DNA from: Salinispira sp.
GTDB lineage: Bacteria > Spirochaetota > Spirochaetia > DSM-27196 > Salinispiraceae
Length of the DNA stretch: 64,000 bases
Direction: 5' to 3'
Assembly: GCA_965602015.1 (NCBI GenBank)
Contig: OZ271918.1
Location: 1,824,001-1,888,000, forward strand
Shown here piece by piece: positions 21,812-32,221 of this stretch. A model generated the notes under the pieces. It worked only from the letters and a program-made list of their open reading frames with translations. It made no database searches and was not told where the DNA came from. Both the position numbers and the translations under genes were made by a program. Positions within the stretch are counted from its first letter, which is position 1. The number at the start of each line of letters is the position of its first letter.

Positions 21812-23113
21812 GTGCAGGGCGGCGGCAATTCTCCAGGGCCAGCCTGGAGGAAAAAGAACTCAATCGAGATTTTGCTGCTGTCGCCCTATCACGCCGCAAG
21901 CCACGCGTATTGGGCAGATCAGTTGATTTCGGGCATTCGAGAAATCCGGGGCGTTGCGGTAACATGGAATCTGCGTTCCCTGCCTCCCCGCCACTTCGCA
22001 TTTCGGCTCAAAGCAGCGCCCTTGAGCCTCTGGGATTATTTTTCAGAAAGCGGCCTTTGTGTTCCGGACTTGCTCATAGCCACCAGCAGCACTGACCTCA
22101 CTTCCCTTCGGTCCTGGTTCCCCGCTATGAGGGCTGTGCCATGCCTTTTATATTTCCACGAGAACCAGTTCGTCTATCCGCCCGGGGCCTACCGGAGCCG
22201 TGAGCAGCAGCGGGATTTTTGCCTTACTCAGCTCTATTCAGCACTGGCCGCCGACTGCATCGCTTTTAACTCCCGCTGGAACCGGGAAAGCTTTTTGGAG
22301 GGAGTCAACGGCCTGTTGAACGCCCTCCCGGAAGCCATGAGTCCCGGCATTTCGAAGATTCTCGAAGAAAAAAGCAGGGTCATATACCTGCCGGTTGCTG
22401 ACCCCCGCCTTGTGCCCGGGGAAAATGAGGCAGGCTCGGCTACCCGGCATGGAGATCGGCGGGATTCGGGCACCGCCGTACTGCAGATCCGGCCGCCAAC
22501 GCAGTTAACAGCTCGCACCAATTCCGTCCCCCATTTTATTTGGCCTCATCGCTGGGAATACGACAAGGGGCCGGGCACATTGCAGGAGTTTTGCCGAACC
22601 ATGGATGAGCAGGGGCATGATTTTCGCTTGAGTCTGCTCGGCCGCAAATTCCGCACTGTTCCCGGGGAAATCTCCGAGATACTTGAGGCCTATGCCCGCC
22701 AGATTGTGCGTGCCGTGCCGTTTGCCGATACGGCGGAGTATTACGGCTTTTTACGACACTGGGGCGAAACAGACAACAGCTGGGTAATTTCCACGGCCGA
22801 CCATGAATTTTTCGGGATTTCTGTGGTCGAGGCCGTACTTGCGGGATGTACTCCCCTGGTTCCCGACGGGCTTTCCTACCGGGAACTCATTGCCGAGCGT
22901 TGGAGATACGAATACCGCCGCGGCCAGAGTGAGAAAAGCCGGGCTCAGGCCATGTATAATCATTGGAAGAATCTCGAAATAACCCAGAGGTCCAAATCCG
23001 ACCCGCTGAGCGATCTGCTCATGGATCCCCGACCCTCCGCACGGCTTGAGGACTATCGCCTAATCATCGCGGATTTGCTGGACAGGGATTGTAATCATCA
23101 CCCTGAGCATTGA
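21812..23113 (+). CDS. DUF3524 GT-B glycosyltransferase (GTDC1-like)
   Basis: LLLSPYHAASHAYW, LPPRHF, LYFHENQFVYP, FNSRWNRESF, WPHRWEYDKGP, STADHEFFGISVVEA. Confidence 0.8.
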   Translation: MQGGGNSPGPAWRKKNSIEILLLSPYHAASHAYWADQLISGIREIRGVAVTWNLRSLPPRHFAFRLKAAPLSLWDYFSESGLCVPDLLIATSSTDLTSLRSWFPAMRAVPCLLYFHENQFVYPPGAYRSREQQRDFCLTQLYSALAADCIAFNSRWNRESFLEGVNGLLNALPEAMSPGISKILEEKSRVIYLPVADPRLVPGENEAGSATRHGDRRDSGTAVLQIRPPTQLTARTNSVPHFIWPHRWEYDKGPGTLQEFCRTMDEQGHDFRLSLLGRKFRTVPGEISEILEAYARQIVRAVPFADTAEYYGFLRHWGETDNSWVISTADHEFFGISVVEAVLAGCTPLVPDGLSYRELIAERWRYEYRRGQSEKSRAQAMYNHWKNLEITQRSKSDPLSDLLMDPRPSARLEDYRLIIADLLDRDCNHHPEH

Positions 23114-23202
23114 GCTTGATATCCATGGCCAGAGAGTTTAAATCGAGTACTCGAAGCGACGGCTCAGCTCAAGCCCGGGCATAAACCCCGGCAAACTCTG
23201 TG

Positions 23203-26200
23203 TCACAGGGCTTGAACCCGAAGCTCACCGCTGACCAGATAGCGGATACCTTCGACCGCAGCCCTGGCTGCGGAAATGGTTGTGGTATAGGGTACCTTGT
23301 ATCGCAGAGTGTGGATTCTCAGGTATCCGTCATCCATCTGGGTAAAGCGGCCCCGGGGAGTATTGATTACCAGATCCACCCGTCCGGCTTCCAGGTGATC
23401 GACTACATTGGGATTCCCCTCATGAACCTTGAGAACCACCTCGCTCATGATGCCCTGATCAAAGAGATATTGAGCGGTGCCCCGGGTAGCCATTATTTCG
23501 AATCCCATCTCCACAAGGTCCTTCACGATCGGCAGGACCGCTTCCTTGTCGAAGTGGTTCACTGAAACGAACACCCTTCCAGCAGTCGGAAGCCTGGTTC
23601 CGGTGGCGCTGGAAGCCTTGGCGAAGGCCTCTCCAAAACTCTGCCCCAGGCCTATGGCCTCGCCGGTGGATTTCATTTCCGGACCCAACATGGGATCGGT
23701 GTCCTGGAATCGGTCGAAGCTGAACATTGCTTCCTTTACTGCCCACCCGGTCCTGCACTCGCCCATACCCACGGCTTTTAGCGCCTTTCCGTCGCTGCCA
23801 AGCGCAGGATTTTCCAGAAGACCCTGCTGGGCAAGATCAACACCTTCCCAAAGCTTCACTGCCGCATCAACCAGATCGACCCCGCTGGCCTTGGAGATAA
23901 AGGGAACCGTGCGGCTCGCCCGGGGATTCACCTCCAGGACGTACAAAACGTCGTCCTTGACGGCGAACTGGATATTCAAAAATCCCCGGACCCCTACCTC
24001 AAGGGCGATTTTCGCCGTGGCTTCGGCAATCTCAGCCTGGATATACGGGGTGGTTTTATAGGCGGGAAATACGCAGGCCGAATCTCCGGAGTGGACCCCG
24101 GCGGCTTCGATATGCTGCATAATTCCGGCGACATACACGTTCTGCCCGTCGCACAGGGCATCAACATCGTATTCAAAGGCGTCATCGAGGAACTGGTCGA
24201 CGAGAATGGGTTTTTTCTCGCTGACCTCCACATTCCGCTTGATGAACTCTTCCAGTTCCTCGCGGTTGAAGGCGATCATCATGCTGCGCCCGCCGAGGAC
24301 ATAGCTGGGGCGAAGCAGCACCGGATAGCCGATTTCGTTGGCGTACTTCTCGACTTGAGCAAGGGTTACGGCGCTGCGGTTGTCGGGCTGCGTGAGACCG
24401 AGCTTGCCCAACAGCTCGGCAAACTGACGCCGATCCTCGGCGCCTTCAATGCTCGCCACCGGCGTGCCGATGATGTTCGCGCCCCATTCGGTTAACTGCT
24501 TGGCCATATTCAGCGGGGTCTGACCCCCGAGCTGAACCACCACATCCCGGATGCCCTCGGTTTTCATGACTTCAGTCACATCTTCAAAGGTCAGCGGCTC
24601 GAGATACAGCCGGTCGGATACGTTAAAATCCGTCGACACGGTTTCGGGATTCGAATTGATGATAACGGTTTTCCGTCCCTGCCGCCGGTACGCCAAGGAT
24701 GAAAGGGTGCAGCAGGTGTCAAACTCAAGACCCTGTCCGATGCGGTTGGGGCCCGAACCGAGTATGATTACCCCCCTCCCTTCCATGGGACGGGACTCGT
24801 TTATCTCCCCCCACGTGGAATAGAAATACGGCGTGGAGGCTTCGAACTCCCCGGAGCAGGTATCCACAAAGTGATATCCCGCCTGAATCCCCATGGAGCT
24901 GCGGAAGGCAGCAATCTCTTCTGCACCAATCTGGGCTCCGGTTTTTCGACCGACGAGCTCAGCGATTCGAATATCCGACAATCCGGCCCGTTTAGCTTCG
25001 AGCAGCAGATATGGATCCCAGCCCGAGCGGACGTCAGCCGGCAGTCCGGCAATCCGGCTTTCCAGTTCGGCCAGCTCGAGCATATTGTAGAGAAACCACC
25101 GGTCGTAGCCCGTTTTGCCGTGGATGTCCTCAATGGCCTCAAGACCCCGACCGCCTTCAAATGCCCGTTTAATGGCGGTGTAACAGGCGAATATTCTCTT
25201 GGGATGTAGGGTGGCGATCATGGGAGCCAACTCTTCATCGCTGCTGGAATACTGGTCCTCAAGACCCTGCACACCCAGCTCGCAGGAGCGCAGCGCCTTG
25301 TTGAGCGCTTCGTTGTAGGTCCGGCCCAATGCCAGGGATTCGCCGACACTTTTCATTTGCGTGCCCAGGGTGGCGTAGCCCTTGGGAAATTTTTCCAATT
25401 CGAATCGCGGAACCTTTACCGCCACATAATCGAGGCTCGGTTCGAAGCAGCTGACGGTTTTTCCGGTGATGTCGTTTATTATCTCGTCGAGGGTATAGCC
25501 GACGGCGAGTTTGGCCGAACTCCTGGCGATGGGAAATCCCGTGGCCTTCGACGCCAGAGCCGAGGACCGACTGACCCGGGGATTCATCTCGATGACGATC
25601 ATACGGCCGTCTTCGGGGTTGTAGGCGAACTGGACATTAGATCCACCGCAGTCAACTCCCACCGCCCGCAGGATATCGATAGATGCGCTGCGCATTTTTT
25701 GATACTCCACATCCGAGAGGGTCTGGATGGGAGCAACGGTGATGGAATCGCCGGTATGAACGCCCATGGGATCGACATTTTCAATGGAGCAAATTATCAC
25801 CGCATTGTCGGCCTTGTCCCGCATGACCTCCATCTCGAATTCCTTCCATCCGAGGAGGCTTTCTTCAATAAGGGCCTGATGCACCGGAGATTCATCCAGG
25901 GCTCGACGGATTTTCGGAGCAACTTCCTCCCAGGTCTCGGCTATGGAACCTCCCCGGCCACCCAGGGTGAAACTCGGCCTGATAATCAGGGGCACGCCCT
26001 GTTTCTCAGCGAAGGCCATGGCGGAATCAAAGTCATTGGCTATGATGCTCTTGGCGCTCTGAAGACCGATTTTGGTCATCAGTTCCTTGAATTCTCCCCG
26101 GTCCTCGGCGACCCGTATGCTTTCTAACCCCGCGCCGAGCAGCTCGAGCTTATACTTCTCAAAAATACCCGCTTCTCCGAGCTCAAGCGCCAGGTTTAGG

Positions 26201-26484
26201 GCGGTTTGCCCTCCCATGGTCGGCAGGACGGCGTCGGGCTTTTCCTTTTTTATGATTTCTTCCACATATGGAACCTCAAGGGGATCCATGTAAATCACAT
26301 CCGCCGTTCCGGGGGTGGTCATGATTGTTGCGGGATTCGGATTGACCAGAACAACCTCATAGCCCTCTTCCTTTAATGCCTTGACCGCCTGGTTCCCCGA
26401 ATAGTCGAACTCACAAGCCTGGCCTATGACGATGGGACCCGAACCAAAGAGCAGTATTTTCTTGATATCTTTCCGTGCCGGCAT
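23203..26484 (-). CDS. carB: Carbamoyl-phosphate synthase large subunit
   Basis: [28 protein letters not shown], duplicated ATP-grasp domains, MGS domain. Confidence 0.98.
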   Translation of the reverse strand: MPARKDIKKILLFGSGPIVIGQACEFDYSGNQAVKALKEEGYEVVLVNPNPATIMTTPGTADVIYMDPLEVPYVEEIIKKEKPDAVLPTMGGQTALNLALELGEAGIFEKYKLELLGAGLESIRVAEDRGEFKELMTKIGLQSAKSIIANDFDSAMAFAEKQGVPLIIRPSFTLGGRGGSIAETWEEVAPKIRRALDESPVHQALIEESLLGWKEFEMEVMRDKADNAVIICSIENVDPMGVHTGDSITVAPIQTLSDVEYQKMRSASIDILRAVGVDCGGSNVQFAYNPEDGRMIVIEMNPRVSRSSALASKATGFPIARSSAKLAVGYTLDEIINDITGKTVSCFEPSLDYVAVKVPRFELEKFPKGYATLGTQMKSVGESLALGRTYNEALNKALRSCELGVQGLEDQYSSSDEELAPMIATLHPKRIFACYTAIKRAFEGGRGLEAIEDIHGKTGYDRWFLYNMLELAELESRIAGLPADVRSGWDPYLLLEAKRAGLSDIRIAELVGRKTGAQIGAEEIAAFRSSMGIQAGYHFVDTCSGEFEASTPYFYSTWGEINESRPMEGRGVIILGSGPNRIGQGLEFDTCCTLSSLAYRRQGRKTVIINSNPETVSTDFNVSDRLYLEPLTFEDVTEVMKTEGIRDVVVQLGGQTPLNMAKQLTEWGANIIGTPVASIEGAEDRRQFAELLGKLGLTQPDNRSAVTLAQVEKYANEIGYPVLLRPSYVLGGRSMMIAFNREELEEFIKRNVEVSEKKPILVDQFLDDAFEYDVDALCDGQNVYVAGIMQHIEAAGVHSGDSACVFPAYKTTPYIQAEIAEATAKIALEVGVRGFLNIQFAVKDDVLYVLEVNPRASRTVPFISKASGVDLVDAAVKLWEGVDLAQQGLLENPALGSDGKALKAVGMGECRTGWAVKEAMFSFDRFQDTDPMLGPEMKSTGEAIGLGQSFGEAFAKASSATGTRLPTAGRVFVSVNHFDKEAVLPIVKDLVEMGFEIMATRGTAQYLFDQGIMSEVVLKVHEGNPNVVDHLEAGRVDLVINTPRGRFTQMDDGYLRIHTLRYKVPYTTTISAARAAVEGIRYLVSGELRVQAL

Positions 26485-26485
26485 C

Positions 26486-27721
26486 TTATGCTCCCCGCTT
26501 TTTACTGCTGTTGTCTCTGTCGCCACGCTCTACGGCTCTCAGAAATTCCTCAAAAATCCAGTGGGAATCATAGGGACCCGGAGCGCTCTCCGGGTGAAAC
26601 TGGGCCGAAAGCACCGGAAGCTCGTCGTTCCTCAGCCCTTCTATGCTGCGGTCATTCGCATTGCGGAACCACACTTCTGTTCCCGAAGGCAGACTTTCTT
26701 CATCCACTGCAAAGCCGTGATTCTGACTGGTAACAAAAACCCTTTTGCTGCGCTCATCCCGGACCGGATGATTTATGCCGTGGTGACCGAACTTCATTTT
26801 GTACGTCCTGGCTCCCAGGGCCTCGGCGATGAGCTGGTGTCCGAGGCAAATGCCGAAGACCGGCAGCGTGCCGATGAGATCCCTGACGGTGGCGATCTGA
26901 TCCTGAAGAACCTCCGGGTCTCCCGGACCGTTTGACAGCATCACGGCGTCATGTCCGCCTCCGAGGATGGTTGAGGCCGTGCTGGTGGAAGGGTAGACCG
27001 TAACGTCGCATCCGAGTTTTTCGAACTCGCGGATTATGTTTGCTTTGGTTCCGCAGTCGTAGAGGGCCAGGCGAAGTCCTTTGTAGGGTCCATCGCTGCC
27101 GGCCAGATTTATGGTTTCAACGCTGCCCACATCCGCCACCAGATTCCTGCCCTGCATTTTCGGGAATGCCTGCAGGTAGGCGGTGGCGGCCTGTATCTCG
27201 TCGGGGCTCAGTCCGAGTTCGGGGTTTTCTGCGCGAATCATAACGCCGTTGCCCGAGCCCTTATCCCGGAGTTCAAGGGTGAGACGCCGGGTATCGACCT
27301 CGGTCAGCCCGGGTACTTCATGGCGCTTGAGATATTCGTCGAGGGTGATGCGTCCAGTGGGAACCGGTCCTCGGTAGAGACTTCGAAGCACAAAGCCCGC
27401 TACCTTAACCGGCCGGGTATCGCAGCTTGTGGAGCTGGCTCCGCCGTCTGCGGATTTTATGGGCCCGGATTCGTTCCACTGGTCGAGATGTCCGTAGTTT
27501 CCCATATGTGGATAGGTCATTGAGACAATCTGACCGGTGTAGGAGGGATCGGTGAGAACTTCATGGTATCCCACCATAGCGGTATTAAAAACCACTTCGC
27601 CGGCATTGCTAAAGCTGGGAACGCCAGGCTGCAAATCCCGGGCAAGGGGAGCGGGATACCCGAACCCCCTTCCATCGTAGATGGAGCCGTTCTCCAGTAC
27701 CAGATAGGTCCGTTCCGTCAT
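26486..27721 (-). CDS. carA: Carbamoyl-phosphate synthase small subunit
   Basis: [52 protein letters not shown]. Confidence 0.97.
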   Translation of the reverse strand: MTERTYLVLENGSIYDGRGFGYPAPLARDLQPGVPSFSNAGEVVFNTAMVGYHEVLTDPSYTGQIVSMTYPHMGNYGHLDQWNESGPIKSADGGASSTSCDTRPVKVAGFVLRSLYRGPVPTGRITLDEYLKRHEVPGLTEVDTRRLTLELRDKGSGNGVMIRAENPELGLSPDEIQAATAYLQAFPKMQGRNLVADVGSVETINLAGSDGPYKGLRLALYDCGTKANIIREFEKLGCDVTVYPSTSTASTILGGGHDAVMLSNGPGDPEVLQDQIATVRDLIGTLPVFGICLGHQLIAEALGARTYKMKFGHHGINHPVRDERSKRVFVTSQNHGFAVDEESLPSGTEVWFRNANDRSIEGLRNDELPVLSAQFHPESAPGPYDSHWIFEEFLRAVERGDRDNSSKKRGA

Positions 27722-27792
27722 GAGAAACCTCCTCTGCCCATATAACGCAGCCGGACTGAGGCCGTTTCCCGGTGCGGCCTGAGGCTGCACCT

Positions 27793-27817
27793 AAAAAAAA
27801 ACCGGCCTCAAGCCGGA
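27793..27817 (-). terminator. Terminator after tRNA-Gln(CTG)
   Basis: TCCGGCT-TGA-GGCCGG followed by T9 on the minus strand. Confidence 0.75.
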
Positions 27818-27831
27818 TTTGAAACAAGGTA

Positions 27832-27903
27832 CTTCCCGGGGAGGATTTGAACCCCCAACAACAGAGCCAGAATCTGCCGTGTTACCAATTACACCACCGG
27901 GAA
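27832..27903 (-). tRNA. tRNA-Gln (CTG), CCA not encoded
   Basis: TTCCCGGTGGTGTAATTGGTAACACGGCAGATTCTGGCTCTGTTGTTGGGGGTTCAAATCCTCCCCGGGAAG; upstream TTGACA-N18-TACCTT promoter. Confidence 0.93.
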
Positions 27904-28014
27904 ATGATCGAAAAGGAAGGTACCAGACTCAGCCCTGGCTTGTCAATAATAACGGAGTTTTTTTAGCTCTGGGGATAGTAAGGGAAGCGCGATGTGCAGC
28001 GGCTTCCCACAGCC

Positions 28015-28548
28015 CTACTCTCCCTGATAGTTGATGATCGTTTTAATCGGGGCGGAGCTGAGTATTTCCTCGTAGCCCAAAAAAGGCAATCCGATTACCG
28101 CGGCAAAACCAGCCACTTCCGCCGACGCCTGTTCAGTAATAATTTGGGCCGCTGCCTTCAACGTACCGCCGGTAGCTATGAGGTCATCCACAAGCAGAAC
28201 CCGGGAGCCGGCGCTGAGGTCGGCCTTGTGAACGCAAACCGTGTCGGTACCATACTCCAGGCTGTATTCCTGGCACCAGGTTTCTCCCGGAAGCTTTCCC
28301 TTTTTTCTCGCAAGGACCAGGGGCAGGCCTCGTTTCTGAGCAAGGGGCGCGGCGAAAATAAATCCCCTGGCTTCCACCGCCATCAGGCAGTCTACCTTAA
28401 GTTCGTCGATCCAACGGTCCATTTCTTCGAGACTGTAGGAGAACGCCCGGGGGTTACTCAATATGCTTGTAATGTCATAAAAATTGATTCCCGGCTTGGG
28501 AAAGTTCGGCACCCGGCGGATAGCCTGGTCAAATTCATTGATGTTCAT
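28015..28548 (-). CDS. apt: Adenine phosphoribosyltransferase
   Basis: PNFPKPGINFYDI, EARGF, RKKGKLP, YSLEYG, VLLVDDLIATGGT. Confidence 0.97.
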   Translation of the reverse strand: MNINEFDQAIRRVPNFPKPGINFYDITSILSNPRAFSYSLEEMDRWIDELKVDCLMAVEARGFIFAAPLAQKRGLPLVLARKKGKLPGETWCQEYSLEYGTDTVCVHKADLSAGSRVLLVDDLIATGGTLKAAAQIITEQASAEVAGFAAVIGLPFLGYEEILSSAPIKTIINYQGE

Positions 28549-28615
28549 GTGTTCTCCTTCCGTACTAGCGCATTCCTGCTGAGCCGGTTCGTTTCTCTAT
28601 ACCTTGAGCAGTATA

Positions 28616-29632
28616 TCAGATTTTTCTGAACCCCTTAACCCGGGCGGAGACTCCCAGCTCCAAAGGGCTGCTTTTGCCGTCTTTTAAATACTGATAGGCA
28701 ATTCCGGCAATCATCGCCCCGTTATCCGTGCAGAGCTCCATGGCGGGGAAAAAGACCTGATAATCCGGATGCTCGCCCAGACGGGAACGAAGGTAGCTGT
28801 TGGCCGCCACCCCTCCGCCGGCAACTATGGTCCTTATGCCCGTATCTTCCGCTGCCTTCTCCAGTTTTTTTATCAGGCTGTCGATTGCGACCCTCTCGAA
28901 GCTGGCGCAAATGTTTTCTAAACTCTGCTCGCTTTTGCCGTCCCAAAATTTTTCGAGCTGATTGATTGCGGCGTTTTTTAGCCCCGAATAGGACACATCG
29001 TAGTCATGTCCGCCCTTGTAGAGGTTTGAAAAGGGAAAATCGTAGGCTCTGGCATTGCCTTTGCGTGCCAACTCGTCAATTATCCGGCCGCCGGGATACC
29101 CCAATCCGTGATGTTTGGCGACCTTATCAAATGCTTCTCCGCAGGCGTCGTCAATGCTCGCCCCGAGCACCTCGATATCGTCATAGTGTTTGACCAGGGT
29201 GATCATGGTATGCCCGCCGGATACAAGAAGCCCGATGTAGGGATAGGGAATCTCCGCCTCCAACTGGGGAGCATATAAATGAGCGAGGATGTGGTTTACT
29301 CCGGCATAGGGCACGCCGAGAGCCAATGAGAGGGCCTTGGCGAAATTAAGTCCCACCACAAGGGATCCCGTGAGACCCGGATGGGTGGACACGCCGATTC
29401 CATCGATGTCTGCGGGGCCAATGCCCTTTGCGGCGGCGTCGGCCATGCACTGCCGGTAGACCGGGGTAATCATTTCGATGTGCTTGCGTGAAGCGATTTC
29501 CGGTACCACTCCGTCATATGGCTTGTGAAAATCTATTTGTGTGGCCACGATGTGGGAGATAATGTGGGTGCCGTCCCGTACAAGAGCAAAAGAGCACTCG
29601 TCGCAGGAGCTTTCTATTCCGAGGATCAGCAT
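28616..29632 (-). CDS. tsaD: tRNA t6A37 threonylcarbamoyltransferase
   Basis: GIESSCDE, GVVPEIASRKH, HILAH, LLVSGGHT, DDACGEAFDKVA, CTDNGAMI. Confidence 0.97.
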   Translation of the reverse strand: MLILGIESSCDECSFALVRDGTHIISHIVATQIDFHKPYDGVVPEIASRKHIEMITPVYRQCMADAAAKGIGPADIDGIGVSTHPGLTGSLVVGLNFAKALSLALGVPYAGVNHILAHLYAPQLEAEIPYPYIGLLVSGGHTMITLVKHYDDIEVLGASIDDACGEAFDKVAKHHGLGYPGGRIIDELARKGNARAYDFPFSNLYKGGHDYDVSYSGLKNAAINQLEKFWDGKSEQSLENICASFERVAIDSLIKKLEKAAEDTGIRTIVAGGGVAANSYLRSRLGEHPDYQVFFPAMELCTDNGAMIAGIAYQYLKDGKSSPLELGVSARVKGFRKI

Positions 29633-30720
29633 TACTCGCCCTTAAAAATTACCGTGGAGAGAGTGGCAAAGTCATAACCTTCATCGAGAATGAAATCGTA
29701 ATTTTCCAGCAGCACTTCGGCCAGCTCCTCGGTCCACACATGCCCGATTAGCACTGCATGTCCTTTCTGCCGGGCGACAGCTTTTCCCTGCTCGATGGCA
29801 TCCATGATGTAGGCCTTTTCCTTTTGGTTGTCCAAAAACACATCCCTCTCAATAAACGGTATTTCAACGGCCTCAGCCATGAGCGGCACCACTGACTGGG
29901 CGGTGGTGCGCGAGTCGAGAAACAGCATGGAACGCTCGCTGGCGAACTGGAGCACTTCCCGTACAATCCTCACATCTTCAGTGCCCCGGCTTCCCATATG
30001 ATTGTTCATGCCGACCAGACCGGGAACCGAGTCTACATTGCGCTCCAGTTCCCTGCGCAAGTCGCGGTTCGACATATCCGAGCGCAGGGTACCCGGTCCG
30101 GGATTCTGTCCGCTTTGACTTTCCAGCGGCAGATGGAGAATAATCTCCTGACCGGCCTCGGCTATGAGTCGAGCGCTCTCTTTAGAATAATCCAGCTGGG
30201 GAAGAACGGCAAAGGTTATCGGAACGGGAATATCCAAAAACGGCTTTAGCCCGTCAAGGTTGTATCCCACATCGTCAATAACCAAAACCAGGCTGGGTCG
30301 TCTGCCGGCTGCTGCGCCCCGGTCTCCGGTTTCCGGATCTTTTTCCGTCATGCCTGCGGAATCCGGTCCCTCCTGCGAACCGTTTTCTGCCGGCGTCCCC
30401 GCCTGCCCCTCGTCTGATCGAGATCCCATGCTCCCTGGCGAATCAGGGGCATCCCGGTACTCGGGCTCAAAATCCGGAACGCTGCGGTCCTGCGTCGACC
30501 CGCTGCCCCGGGGACTGCTATCCCCCGCCCTCCTGTCCACGGCAATCTGCCCGGACTGGGAAACGCCCCCTGAGGGAGGTAAAAGCAGGAAGATGACAAT
30601 AAGGCTGAAGGAGATGACGCTTAACAGGATTGTCAGGCGGCGCAGGTACTCCGCCCGCCGTTGTGCCGGCGTTTTTTCCGATGCGGATGTTTTTTCAGGA
30701 TGAGCTTTTCTCGACGCCAT
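29632..30720 (-). CDS. Divergent polysaccharide deacetylase (YibQ-like), membrane anchored
   Basis: TM helix, linker, LVIDDVG, LHLPLE, GMNNHMGS, FLDSRT, RDVFLDN, IGH. Confidence 0.9.
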   Translation of the reverse strand: MASRKAHPEKTSASEKTPAQRRAEYLRRLTILLSVISFSLIVIFLLLPPSGGVSQSGQIAVDRRAGDSSPRGSGSTQDRSVPDFEPEYRDAPDSPGSMGSRSDEGQAGTPAENGSQEGPDSAGMTEKDPETGDRGAAAGRRPSLVLVIDDVGYNLDGLKPFLDIPVPITFAVLPQLDYSKESARLIAEAGQEIILHLPLESQSGQNPGPGTLRSDMSNRDLRRELERNVDSVPGLVGMNNHMGSRGTEDVRIVREVLQFASERSMLFLDSRTTAQSVVPLMAEAVEIPFIERDVFLDNQKEKAYIMDAIEQGKAVARQKGHAVLIGHVWTEELAEVLLENYDFILDEGYDFATLSTVIFKGE

Positions 30721-30851
30721 AGGTTTTATTGAAACTACTCCGGCTAAGTGAATGAGGTCAAGCCGGGTCGCACCGCTTCGGACGCCCTATAAAGCTGCGG
30801 ATATTAGGCAGTGAACTGCGAGCACGTTCCACCCCGATCCGCAATAGCGGA

Positions 30852-31715
30852 TCAGGCGTCGATGAAGTCCTGTAAGGAGCTGGCATGCTGGCGGAGTTTT
30901 CTGATGGATCGCATTTCAATTTGCCGGACAGTTTCCGGGCTGACCTCGAGGATGACGGCGATTTCCTTCAGGGTAAGCTTTTCCTGCCCCCAGAGCCCGT
31001 AGCGGTTGATCACTACGAACTGCTCCCGGTCTTCCAAATTGGAAAGCAGCTCGCGCATGGTATCGTTCATGGAGTGGTCGAGCAGCTCTTTTTCCGGGGC
31101 ATAGGAATAATCCTCATACAAGTCGTACATGGTCCCCGCCTCGTTGGAGAGCTGGCTGTCGAGGCTGACCAGGCGCTCGGAAATATTGAGGATATCTACA
31201 ACTTCTTCCCGGGTAATGTGCAGGTATTCGGCGATTTCTTCAGTGGTGGGGGTGCGCATCATTTTCTGGGAAAGAGCATTAAACGCCGCCTGCACCTTTT
31301 TCAAAACATCTTCTTTTCTGTGAGGGATGCGGATTGAACGCCGCTTGTTGCTGATTGCCCGGCTTATGGACTGCTTGATCCACCAGGAGGCGTAGGTTGA
31401 AAATCGCACCTTCTTTCGGTAATCATATTTACTCACCGCGTGCAACAGTCCCAGGTTGCCTTCCTGAACCAGATCGAGCAATCCGATGCCGGAGGACAGG
31501 TACTGTCGGGCGATTTTAACAACCAGCCGCAGATTTGATTCGACCAGACGCTGGCGCGCCTGAGCATCGCCGCCCATTATACGACGGGAAAGATCCAGCT
31601 CTTCCTCGAACTCCAGCAAGGGGTTATCCTTGATCTGCGTAAAATACGCCTGGAGTACGTCGTCGGCGTTTGCTCGTCGAGAGCTTTTAGCTACTGGTGC
31701 AACGGTATCTGACAT
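30852..31715 (-). CDS. rpoS: Group-2 sigma70-family factor, RpoS-like
   Basis: Regions 1.2-4 present (LVESNLRLVVKIA, DLVQEGNLGL, FSTYASWWIKQ, ETVRQIE) with no region 1.1; sigma54 promoter and flgJ neighbour as in Borrelia. Confidence 0.75.
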   Translation of the reverse strand: MSDTVAPVAKSSRRANADDVLQAYFTQIKDNPLLEFEEELDLSRRIMGGDAQARQRLVESNLRLVVKIARQYLSSGIGLLDLVQEGNLGLLHAVSKYDYRKKVRFSTYASWWIKQSISRAISNKRRSIRIPHRKEDVLKKVQAAFNALSQKMMRTPTTEEIAEYLHITREEVVDILNISERLVSLDSQLSNEAGTMYDLYEDYSYAPEKELLDHSMNDTMRELLSNLEDREQFVVINRYGLWGQEKLTLKEIAVILEVSPETVRQIEMRSIRKLRQHASSLQDFIDA

Positions 31716-31736
31716 AATGTCCTCCGAGGACTATAA

Positions 31737-31752
31737 TGCAATTTCCGTGCCA
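31737..31752 (-). promoter_or_regulatory. Sigma54 (-24/-12) promoter of the rpoS-like gene
   Basis: TGGCAC-GGAAA-TTGCA, a full consensus match, 21 nt upstream of the ATG. Confidence 0.88.
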
Positions 31753-31800
31753 GTTTTTGACTATTTTTTCAAGAGATGTAATTCTATATCCTGTAAAGAC

Positions 31801-31827
31801 ATAAATAAAACCGGGCGCTTAACCCGG
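31801..31827 (-). terminator. Probable terminator after flgJ
   Basis: CCGGG-TTAAGCG-CCCGG followed by TTTTATTTAT on the minus strand. Confidence 0.55.
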
Positions 31828-31883
31828 CTATATCGAATTAAATTGTATACTATTTTATACAGTGCTGGTGATTATATTCTTAT

Positions 31884-32207
31884 TTATGAATTCTCTCCGC
31901 CGTCAATGGACCCGGAAAACTGGTTGATAATCATGTCGGCAATCCCAAAGTCTCCCCGTCTGGCGATGTCCCTCGAATATTCAGTATATAGCATGTCTTC
32001 GAATATATCCTCCGCCATGCCCCCGTATGTGAAATTATCTTCCTGATTCCTGGTGTCCCGCATTGAATCGAGCATCATCTTCACAAAAAGTGATTCAAAT
32101 TCCTGGGCAACTTCTTCAAGTTGTTCGCGGTTTCCCGCCGACTCAATGCGCGGCAGATTTGTATTGCTGTTGAGGGCGTCTAACCGGCTTAAGGCTATAT
32201 CAGACAT
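31884..32207 (-). CDS. flgJ: Single-domain FlgJ rod-binding protein (no muramidase domain)
   Basis: LEEVAQEFESLFVKMMLDSMR...EDIFEDMLYTEY...GIADMI. Confidence 0.88.
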   Translation of the reverse strand: MSDIALSRLDALNSNTNLPRIESAGNREQLEEVAQEFESLFVKMMLDSMRDTRNQEDNFTYGGMAEDIFEDMLYTEYSRDIARRGDFGIADMIINQFSGSIDGGENS

Positions 32208-32221
32208 TGTTCGATCCTATC

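Noticed and set aside
31834..31845. BosR-box-like AATTAAAT upstream of rpoS
   Set aside because: Single short AT-rich match in an AT-rich region; not significant
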